Source of the DNA: Azolla caroliniana
Lineage: Eukaryota; Plantae; Polypodiophyta
Reading direction: 5' to 3'
Length of the DNA: 64,000 nucleotides
Assembly (NCBI GenBank): GCA_043228905.1
Contig: JBHGNT010000008.1
Location: 5,146,001 to 5,210,000 of the forward strand
Shown: in pieces, positions 25,943 through 37,272 of the stretch
Layout of the letters: each line of letters begins with the position of its first letter
How positions within the stretch are numbered: position 1 is the first letter of the stretch
Position numbers and translations under genes: made by a program
Notes under the pieces: model-generated
What the model saw: the letters and a program-made list of their open reading frames with translations, nothing else
Database searches by the model: none
What the model was told of the DNA's origin: nothing

Positions 25943-28151
25943 AAAGTTTTGTTCAATACATGCTTAAGCTTTATGAAAGAAAAACCTCACATCGGCTTAC
26001 TGTTATTGGAAGGGAAGAAAATAAGCAAACAAATTCAAAGGGCACACAAAAGCAACAAATTTGAGCGTTGCATGAATGCAATCTACAAAGAAAATGGGAT
26101 GCATTACACTTGCTTCATGATGTTGCTGTAAAGAATCGGGTATGATTCTTGTGTAGCGGAATAGGTGAGAGATGTGCGTTATGTGTGTGTGTGAGAGAGA
26201 GAGTTAGAGGAGAGAAAGAAAAGATAGATTTTTGAGAGACAATAGAATACTCAAGAAGATGTATATTACAAAGGAGATTAATCGACAACATTACAAAGTA
26301 GGAGGAGAGTGCTTTATATAGTCACTCTCTCTCTTCATTAACTACCGAAGCTCATGGGTCATGGGGAATGTGAAAACTCATTACTTATGTGTCATAGAAT
26401 ATGATTCTATGACACATAGTTAATGTGTAGATAAGAGTGGTGACTTTTGACCTTTGAGTGCGCATTCTCAAGGGTGTGTTCACACACTAGACTAGGTTGA
26501 GCTTGATTCTCAACACGCCCCCTCAAGCTCAAATTTGGTCGGTTACTTCGGTTGATGTCCGCTTCGGCTCGTATCCAGTTCAGACGGTATCCGGTTTTCG
26601 CTTGTACTCCCCCTCAAGCTTGGCAAGTCAAGGACCATCAACCCAAGGTCTGACAGGAATTGCCGAAGCTTGTCGGCTCCTAGGGCTTTGGTGAAGATGT
26701 CGGCTATCTGAAGATTCGTAGACATATGTTGAAGGTTGACATCACCAACCTGAACACGCTCTCGAATGAAGTGATAGTGCACTTCGATATGCTTCGTGCG
26801 TGCGTGGAACACTGGGTTCCGAGCCAGATAAATACTGTTCATGTTGTCACAGTAAAGGAGAATCGAATCTTTGATGGGAACGCCCAGATCCTTTAATATC
26901 CTCTTGAGCCATACGGCTTCACATGCAACCATCGTCGCAACCCTGTATTCGGCCTCTGTGCTCGAAAGAGCGACGATTGGTTGCTTCTTGCTACTCAAGG
27001 AGATGGCTCCACTTCCGAGGGAGAAGACAAAACCAGAGGTTGATCGTCGGTCGGCTTTGTAGCCTGCCCAGTCGGCATCTATGTACCCCTCGAGTTGAAT
27101 TGGCGTGGTTGACTTATAGAGAATGCCATAATCCATCATTCCGTTCACGTATCGTAGCACTCTCTTAGCACAATCCAAATGGATATCTCGTGGAGTTTGC
27201 ATGAACTGGCTAAGAAGGCCGACCAGATAGCTCAGGTCTGGTCGAGTGATCGTGAGGTAGATAAGACTACCGATCACTTTTCGATACTTAGTCAACTCAC
27301 ACTCTGTGGTGCCAGAATTGGCATCTAGTTTGAGGTTTCGGTCAAGAGGTGTTGCCAAAGACTTGCACTCTGTCATCCTGAACTTGTATAACAAGTTGAG
27401 AATGTAGTGCCGTTGGGAGATCATAATCTTGGTTGGAGTCTGAATTACTTCGATGCCAAGGAAGTAGTGGAGCTCTTTCATGTCCGTCATCTCGAATTTG
27501 TTGGAAAGGAGGGATTTGACCTTGTTGATGTTGACTAGATGCTCACCTCCAATGACCAGATCATCCACGTACAGGATGATGACGATCAGACTTTCGGAAT
27601 CGCTTCTTACATAGAGAGAATTGTCGGATTTTGACATTCGGAAGTTGATTCAATTAAGATATTGTGTTATCTTTGAGTGCCAAGCATGTGGTTCTTGCTT
27701 AAGGCTGTAGAGAGGCTTCTTGAGTTGGCAGATGGCTTTCAGATGAATGTTGGATTCGAAGTCGGGTGGTTGTATCATGTACACCTCCTCTTCTAATTTG
27801 CCTTGAAGAAAAGCGTTCTTGACATCCATCTGGTGGAGGTGCCACCCTTTCGTTGCTGCAAGCGCTATCACGGTTCGCACGGTTGTCATCTTTGCCACCG
27901 GGGCAAAAGGTCTCTTCATAGTCGACGCCCTATGTTTGTGCATAGCCCTTTGCTACGAGTCGAGCTTTGTAGCGGTTGACAGAACCGTCGGCATTATACT
28001 TCACTTTGTATATCCATCTGCAGTCGATTGCCTTCTTGTGCGGTGAGTGAGGGACGAGATCCCATGTCTCATTCTTGTTGAGAGCTTGCATCTCCTCGTT
28101 CATCGTTTCGACCCATCGAGGATCTTTAGCGGCTTCAACAAAGCTCTCCGG

Positions 28152-31100
28152 TGTTGAGCGACAAGCTCAATTGGAGCCAGATCGGCTGAATAAGCCTGAG
28201 CTGGTGAGCGAGACAGATCGGTGAGCCGGTGAGCACCCGGTGAGCAAAAGAGCCGATGAGCTAGGGAGTTAATACTCTCGTAGTTAGTGTCAGACGCTCG
28301 AGTGAGCATTGAAGTACACCGTACTTCTATCAGTCCGTATGGACTTGTATAAAAGTGTTCGCTGAACACATACGATGTACAGAGTGTTGATATAATTTTG
28401 AATAGCAATTCTTGTTTTGCTCTCTCTGTCTCTCCAACGTACTATTAAGCTCTCCATTAAACCTGTTCTCTGTTTTCAGTTTTTCCTATTGCTTCTGCAC
28501 GCTATTTGTTTTTACATGGTATCAGACGCGAGGGTTGAGAACCTCTATAGCCGACATTTGCTTTCGCAAGAAGAAAACCTAACCTTTGTAAAGAACAGAA
28601 AGAGAAGTAATGGATAGAGGAATGGCTAGCTCACTCCCGGTGGAGAAGCTCGACAGATCCAACTACGCATCTTGGTCATACAAGGTGCACCAGTACCTGC
28701 TTGGGCATGGTTACTGGAGCTATGTCGACGGAGCTAACGACGCAGCACCTGATGCGGCACACAAGGACTTCCCGGTGTGGGAACAATCGGAAAGTAGAGT
28801 GATGTACTGCTTTGCGTCCAGTGTCAGAGACCAGCTGCTAAGCCACTTCTGAGATGCCAAGACGCCGAAAGAAGCTTGGGGAAACCTGAAGAAGGTGTTC
28901 GCCGCAAGCACTACAGCCCGAAAGCTGCAACTCCGACAGGAATTGAGCAATGTCCGACAGAAGGACGTGTCGGTGGCTGATTACACTGCCCGAATCAAAG
29001 AGATCTGTGACTCACTTGCCTCTATCAACATCACGATAGAGGAAGACGAGATGGTACAGGTCTGTCTTGGGGACCTGGCGTCTAAGTTCTAAGCTTTCCG
29101 GACAACAGTATGTACGTGGGAGAATACGCCGTCATTTTTCGACTTATAGTCGATGCTCCTTGTAGAGGAGAACCACGCCGGTGCGTCAACAAATGCACCC
29201 ACCAACAGCTGGATGTTGTACACGGAGGCAGATCGGCCCCGTGGGCGTGGTGGATGAGGCGGGTCGGCACGCAATGGAGGCGACCGGCAAGGGCAAGACC
29301 GACGGCACAGAGACCGTGCCGACAGTAGTTCCAGGACTTCCACAAGTAGGGGGAGTCAAGGTGGAGCCGGAGGCCGACAAGACAAATCTGCCACGGAATG
29401 CTAGTACTGTGGCAAAAAGGGCCACAGAGAAAGCGAGTGCTGGAAGAAGCGTGCCGATTCGGACAGATCTGGATCCGGCAAAACCGGTCGAGAGAACCGG
29501 CAAAGCTCGCACTACGCGCAAGGATCGAAAGGATCCGGAACCGGGAAGACTGATAAGGGGCCAGCCTTGGTGATGAAACACGAGGCTAACTCGATAAAGA
29601 AGACCACTTCCAAATCAGAGGAAGTGTGCTACGTTGATTCCGGTGCATCAAATCACATGACGAACCACAAAGAGTGGTTCTCCTTCTTGGAGAAACCGGA
29701 ACAACCGGGAGTTGTCGAAACCAGAGACGACACTCCTCACCCAATTGTGCATGTCAGAGAAGTTCCCTTGAGCCACGTCGGACAGAGGGGGAAGCTGATG
29801 AACGTATTACACGTTCCGACTATCACGAAGAACCTGGTGTCAGTCGGACAGATCGTCGACCAGGGAATGCAGGTGCGGTTTACGCACCTCATGTGCTTCA
29901 TCGAGGAGGAGGGCCAGATTATCGCGCAAGGGCGCAGAGATGGGAGGATGTTCATCCTCGACACCAATGACGTCGGCACCGCCTTGTTCGCCAAAGGACA
30001 GAAGGTCGAATCGGACATCGACCTGTGGCACAAGTGGATCGGCCACGTCAATTACCAAAGGCTTCAAGACCTGCAGACGAAACAAGTTGTTTTCGGTTTG
30101 CCGAAGTTTAGTGGCCAGAAGGCCTAAGTATGTGAAGCCTGCCAACTCGGGAAGCAACACCGACTTCCATTCCCCGCCGAACAAAACCGTAGCCGTAACA
30201 AGCTCGACCTTATTCATTCGGATGTATGGAGACTGGCACAGAACGTGAGCCTTGGCGGGAGTCGATACTTTGTCTCCTTCATTGACGACTATAGCCGGCA
30301 CACAGGGATCTACCTCATTGAGCGGAAGAACGAAGTCTTCGACTGTTTCCGGAACCTCCAGAGCATGGTGGAACGGGAATCAGAGAGGAAGATCAAGTGT
30401 CTGTGGTCAGATGGCGGAAAAGAATATTTTTCCAGCCAATTCAACAGTTATCTGCAACAAACAGGAATTCGAAGAGAGTTCAGCTGCAGATACACACCAG
30501 AGCAAAACGGTGTGGCCGAAAGGAAGAACCGGTCGCTTGTCGACGCGGCAAGGGCAATGCTGGAAGAGAAGAGCATGCCCCATTTCTACTGGGCGGAGGT
30601 GGTCCGAACGGCCGTCTACATCCAAAACCGGATCGGTGACAAGGTGTCCGCACATGAGCTATATTTCGGGCGCAAGCTGAATTTGAGACACCTTCAGATT
30701 TTCAGCAACATAGCATATGTGCATGTGTCGGATGAGAAGCGGAGGAAGCCAGATGCAAAATCGAAGAAGTGCATCCTCGTCGGCTACTCACATGAGCAAA
30801 AGGGGTATAAGTGTTATAACCCCCGGACGAAGTTGGTCCGAGTTAGCCGCGATGTTGAGTTTGATGAGACGGCATCATGGTATGCCTTACCAGCTCCGAC
30901 GTCTAACCCCGACCCGATACCGGAGGATGACGCTAGTGAGCCTGAACCGGTCCAGATAGAACATGATGAATCCGGGAATCAAGAAGAGAGTCCGGAATCG
31001 TTTCAGTTGAGTGGGCCAAACGAGAGACCGGGTCAATCCGACTAGTCGGATGAGGAACCAGCCAGTAATGAAGACTCTGTCGTGCTCTCCCCGCGCAAGG

Positions 31101-34100
31101 AACTGAGGAGACGGTTCACGCGCAAAGAGAAGGGGAAGAAGAAGATGCCGGATTATGAAACCGGTAATGATGAGTCGGATCAGAGCAGATCCGACTCCGG
31201 AAAGGAAAATGACGATTCTTCGGCACCGAAGACCGAACCGGCCAAGAAGGGACTCAAACCGGGTAACGGTGGGTTACGTCGGTCAATCCGCCAAAAGGAA
31301 CCTGTTAAGCGGTACGGGTACAATGAGTACATGGCGCATCACTATGTGTACATGACCAAGGTGGTGGAAGTGCGTGCGCTAGAGAGCTATGCAGAAGCGG
31401 CAAAGGACACACATTGGCGTGCCACTATGGAAGAAGAGATGCGGGCACTTAATGCCAACGATACATGGGACCTGGTTGACCCTCCCCGTCACGGTAAACC
31501 AATCGGATGCAAGTGGGTGTACAAGGTAAAGTACAACACCGACGGTTTAGTTAACTAGTACAAGGCCCGGTTAGTGGCGAAGGGATACGCACAGACCCAC
31601 GGAATCGACTATGACAAGACCTTCGCTCCAATAGCGAAGATGACGACGGTTCGTGTGGTGTTGGTGGTTGCTGCGGCAAGGGGGTGGCATCTTCACCAGA
31701 TGGATGTGAAGAATGCATTTCTTCAAGGAGATCTTGAAGAAGAGGTCTTTTTCCAGACGAAGATGAACAAGTCGGCAGCCGGCTGAAGAAGTCACTTTAT
31801 GGCCTGAAGCAAGCCCCCCGAGCTTGCAATGTGAAGATCACGCACTGGTTGTGTAAGATGGGGTTTGCAGCCTCCAAGTACGACTCTTCGTCGTTCATCC
31901 GGCAAGGTCCGGACAGTCCAGTTTGCATCTTGTTGTATGTTGATGATCTGGTCATCACCGGACCCGGACTCGATGAAATCAGCCGAGTCACATCCCAGTT
32001 GTCGGATGCGTTTGAGATGAAGGACCTGGGGGACCTTCATTATTTTCTTGGGATCGAGGTGATCTGAACCCCCAACGGCATATTGCTCTCACAGAGGCAC
32101 TATGTGTTGAATATGTTGTACAAGCTCGGCATGACAGAATGCCGACTTGTCTCTACACCCTTGGACCGGCCTGCGATGAGAAACGGTTCCGACAAATTGT
32201 CGGAAGCCTGATATATTTGACCATCACCCGACCCGACATCAGCTATCTAGTCGGTGTGATTAGCCAATTCATGTAGAAGCCGACCGTAGAGCATCTTCAG
32301 TGTGCGCACCAAATACTGCGGTATGTGAGCGGCACGAAGGACCGGGGATTGTTATACCGGCGAGGTATAACCAAAGAGCTGGTCGGTTACCCAGATACCG
32401 ACTGGGCCAGAGATGCATCAGAACGTCGATCAACCTCTGGTTATATGTTTTCCCTAGGTAGCGCGGTTGTTGCGTGGAGCAACAAAAAGCAGCCAACAGT
32501 TGCTCTGTCGAGCACTGAGGCTGAGTATCGGGGCGCTACCGTTGCCACCTGTGAAGCCATTTGGCTTCGGCGACTGCTGCAAGACCTACGGATCGAGGTA
32601 CCGACCCCGATTCTGATCTATTACAACAACATAAGCAACATGTCGCTCGCCAAGAACCCCGTATTCCATGCTCGCACAAAGCACATAGAAGTGCACTATC
32701 ACTTCGTGTGTGAGCGTGTCCTGAGCGGTGACGTCGAACTTCAGTATGTTCACACGGATCAGCAAGTTGCCGACATCTTCACCAAACCACTCAGATCGGA
32801 CAAGTTGCGGCACTTCACCGAAATGCTTGGTGTTCAGCATCTCGACGTGCCACACTTGAGGGGGAGAACGAGCAAAAACACCGGAACGGGCAAAGGCAAA
32901 GAGACTGTCGATTGCGCCAATGAGGGAAGAACCGATAAAGAGAGAGACAAGAAGAAGAAAGGCGCCGAGTCGACACATCCGAACAAGTCGGAACAAGCGG
33001 CAACGGCGGCAGAGTCAAGAAGGACAGAGTCAACCGAAGGAAGAAGGCCAAGACCTGGACATGGTCCGATGTGGTGAAGGGCCTCGAATCGGAAGACGAA
33101 TCGGGAGCGACCGATTTGGACAAGAGCTGGAACGAATTGGAGATAGTCGATTCGGTTCAACAGACAGATTCGGAAGGACCGGATCAATTCAAAGGACGAG
33201 AGGACGAGAAGGCAGTGAAAGTCAACGCCAACACGAAGGAATCGGCGAACCGGCACGCGCCGAAGTCACAGCAACAAGGGAGCTGAATTGGGCCTATTGA
33301 GCAGATAAGCCGACCGAAGAGGTCGAGGTGCGCAAAACAGGAGGGATCACGGCAAACAAAACCGGACCGAACGAGGAGCACGAGCAAGGCGGTGTGAGCC
33401 AGAAGGAGCCAGGGAGAAGGACCGGTTGCCACAGACGTTGACATTACGACTGTCATGACGACATACATTTTGGCCTTACAAGGATTCGAGCCCAAGACGT
33501 CTTGGTCTATATGTTAGAACTTTAACCATTATACTAACATATATGATGTATAGTTATAATAAATGTATTATTAGTTATTACAAGACATTTAGAGTATTCT
33601 AGAACATTCTAGAGTATTCCAGAACAATCTAGAGTATTCTAGAACATTCTAGAATGTCTTGTAATAATTAATAATACATTTATTATAACTATACATCATA
33701 TATGTTAGTATAATGGTTAAAGGTCTAACATATAGACCAAGACGTCTTGGGCTCGAATCCTTGTAAGGCCAAAATGTATGTCGTCATGACATTATCCTCC
33801 CTTTTCGACGACGAGTTCCACGAGTCGGAAGATAAGATTTCGGACTTGGCTTATGAGGATATTTGTTGTGAAATGCAGCAACCATTTCGGAGGCATTAGC
33901 AAGATTCTCAAGAGGTTCCCATGTTCGATCATTAGGTGTATAACCTAACCAGTCAACCAAATAATACAATTTGTTGCGAACGATCTTGGAGTCGAGAATG
34001 GCAGCAACTTCATATTCGGAGCCATCCGAAACTTCGATTGGAGGTGGGGGAGATGTAAGACGGCTTGGAATAGAGCTGGTTGTGTACGGCTCCAAAAGTG

Positions 34101-36790
34101 AAACATGGAAGACCGGGTGAAGATGCATATGAGGGGGAAGATCAAGGCAAAATGCCACATCATTGATCTTACCAGATATCACATATGGGCCAAAACGTTG
34201 ATAATCCAATTTGCAGCAAGGTCAGGTTGTTTTAATGCGACCTTGTAAAAGCCATACTCGATCCCCCACTTGAAACGTAGTCGATGAATCACGTCGATGA
34301 CGGTCGGCAACCTTCTTTTGAGTGTTTTGAGCATCACATAAATGGTGAAAAAGGATATCTTGAACTTCTTGCAGTCGGGTGAGCCGATCTTCAGCATCCG
34401 GGTTTGTCAGGAGTTCGGGATGTTCAAGCATAGTCCAACGAGGATGGTACCCAATGTTTGCAAAAAATGGGGAATATCCAATAGAAGAATGTTCTGAGTT
34501 GTTGTAAGCAAATTCCGCCAAATGTAATAGATCAACCCAATCATCTTGTTGATAGTTGACAAAACAACGAAGATATTGTTCTACTGTTTGGTTGGTGCGC
34601 TCACTCTGTCTGTTAGTTTGTGGATGGTAGCCAGAAGAGAGTTTGCAAGAAGTATGTAAGAGTTTGAACATGTGCCGCCAAATTTTTGAGATGAACTAGG
34701 GACCCCGATCACTGATAATATCATCAGGAAGACCATGATGCCGAAACACCTATCGCATGAGTAACTCGGCTATCTCTTGGCTCGTAATGGCCTTTGTGCA
34801 GGGAAGAAAATGTGCCAACTTGGTAAAACGATCTACTACCATGAGAATAGAATCAAAACCCTTGGAAGGTGGTAGATCCGTAATGAAGTCCAATGAAATA
34901 GATTTCCATGAACTCTCAAGAATAGGCATTGGTTGTAATAAGCCATATGGATGATGTCGAGGTTTTTGGGATCGGCAACATGTATCACAACTACGAACAT
35001 AATCCGTAACAAAATGGCGAAGTCGTGGCCACCAATACCTTCGAGAAATTAACGCCAAAGTCTTGTGGATGCCAAAATGTCCAGCCATTGGTGTATCATG
35101 ACATTGTTGCAAGACTTGGAGTCGAGAAGGACCATCAGGCACATATAAGAGATTTTGTCGAAAAAGTAAACCATCATGCCAATTGAACTGGTTGTAGTCT
35201 TGACGAGGATTTTGAGATTGTGAACAAGAAGCACGATCTGGGATAATATGGTTCAGAATATCTTGGGCAAATTCATTAGTCTCAATATGCTCCCGAATGG
35301 AGTCTAGAAGACTTGAATCCTCGGGTGTGTCTATAGCATGAAAAGCCATTAGTCGTAGACGGTCAGGACCCAAGAGGATTTGCTTCTGACTTTCAAATGC
35401 GGCCTCTCCTGGTTGAAGTTCCATATATGAACGCCGAGATAAAGCATCTGCTTTGCCTTGTTGCGTCCCAGGGCGATATAGAATTACAAAATCAAAACGA
35501 GTTAAAAATTGCGCCCAACGAGCTTGTCGACAACTCAAAGACTCGAGCACTTTGGAAGTACGTTAGATTTTTGTGATCATTATAGACAATGATTTGTTGA
35601 GACGAACCCTCCAAAAAATGACGCCATTGTTGAAAAGAATCCATAATGGCAAGAAGCTCTTTGTCGTGAATCTCATAGTTGATTTTTGCAGCTTCGAATT
35701 TCCGTGAATGAAAAGCCATAGGGTGCAGTTGGCCATCATAGCTAATCTGGGATAATACGCTTCCTAGTGCGAAGTCAGATGCATCAACTTCCAGTATAAA
35801 GTGCTTCAATGGATCAACATGCATCAAAATTGGTGCGGATGTAAATGCTTGCTTGAATCCTTCAAATGCAGAGTTTGCATTTATACTCCACACAAATGGT
35901 TGATCCGTCTGTGTCAGTTGAGTGAGGGGCAATACGATCTTTGAATAATCTTTGATGAACTTGCGATAAAAGTTTGCGACCCCTAAAAAACATTGTACAT
36001 CTCGCACAGACTATGGTGTTTGCCAATCCAAAACTGTTTGAACCTTTGTTGGATCCATAGAGATGCCATGTGAAGAGACTGTACCCCAAAAATTCCACTT
36101 GACGTTGGTCAAAGCTGCACTTCTCCAATTTTGCATAGAGACCATATTCACGCAACCATTGCAAAGCTTGTTGAACGTGTATATCATGATCCTCTTGAGT
36201 TTTTGAGTAGATCAAGATATCATCTAGGTAAATTATGACGAAAATATCAAGGAAATCTCGAAAAATGTCATTCGCCATATGTTGGAAAACTGCTGGTGCA
36301 TTCGTGAGACCAAATGGCATCATTGTATACTCAAAATGGCCATAGCTAGTAGGAAAAGCAATCTTCCATTCATCCCCAGGACGAATTCGAACAAGATTGT
36401 AAGCACCTTGAAGATCTAACTTTGTGAAATACTTAGCTCCATTGAGGCGTTCCAGAAGGCTCGAAATCAATGGTAGAGCATATCGGTTTCAAATAGTTAC
36501 TTTATTCAATCCTCGATAATCCACGACCAGATGAAGCAAACCATCTTTCTTCTTAACGAAAAATATGGGTGCGCCGGTAGGAGATCTTGAATGTTGGATA
36601 AACCCATTCGCCAAGTTCTCATAAATATCTAAAATATTCTAGAACATTCTAGAATACTCCATAAGGACCTATAAATAGGTGTCTATTCATTCATCACAAC
36701 TCATTCGATTCAACACCAGTTTGTAGCCCCTTAGCCTACTCTTTGTAATCCTTGCTCTCTTATAATATAAACTCTCTGTCCATTTCTAGT

Positions 36791-36850
<60 letters not shown>

Positions 36851-37272
36851 TACCTTCTACTGTCATCTTATTTTTCTCTCTCCTATTCTCAAGTCACGAC
36901 AATGACCGAACCTCAAATTGAGCTTGAGGGGGAGTGTTGAGCGACAAGCTCAATTGGAGCCGGATCAGCTGAATAAGCCTGAGCCAGTGAACGAGACGGA
37001 TCGGTGAGCCGGTGAGCAAAAGAGTCGGTGAGCTAGGGAGTTAATACTCTCGTAGTTAGTGTCAAACGCTCGAGTGAGCATTGAAGTACACCGTATGGAC
37101 TTGTATAAAAGTGTTCACTGAACACATACTATGCACAGAGTGTTGATATAATTTTTTGAATAGTGATTCTTGTTCTGCTTTCTCTGTCTCTCCCGCGTAC
37201 TATTAAGCTCTCCATTAAACCTATTCTTTGTTTTCTGTTTTCTATTGCTTCCGCACACTATTTGTTTTTACA
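28152..37272 (+). mobile_element. Ty1/Copia LTR retrotransposon B, inserted antisense into A, defective
   Basis: LTRs 28152-28516 and 36935-37272, TG..CA; TSD TCCGG (28147-28151, 37273-37277); PBS TGGTATCAGA at 28517; PPT TTGAGGGGGAG before 36935. gag-PR (YVDSGASNHM)-IN-RT-RH fragments across 28610-33077 with many stops and frameshifts. Confidence 0.96.
33451..36901 (-). mobile_element. Ty3/Gypsy chromovirus C (Tcn1-like) in the 3' UTR of B; internally inverted, gag-PR deleted
   Basis: Ends TGTCATGAC..GTCACGACA with near-TSD ACGAC/ATGAC (33446-33450, 36902-36906). Minus-strand RT ([13 protein letters not shown]; 35862-36470), RNase H (DASDFALG), integrase (34222-35550), GPY/F plus chromodomain YEVAAILDS..YYLVDWLGY..RTWEP (33784-34209), PPT, then LTR start at 33791. 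LTR halves 33451-~33650 and ~36630-36901 are in + orientation by homology to the LTR of D. Confidence 0.9.

Noticed and set aside
29082-29581. Several overlapping GC-rich ORFs on both strands (also 32586-33495, 38401-39906)
   Set aside because: Alternative-frame or antisense shadows of retrotransposon gag-pol.
33700-33775. Functional tRNA-Met gene
   Set aside because: No acceptor stem, weak T stem, non-canonical anticodon loop, and it is part of an LTR; reported only as a tRNA-like module.
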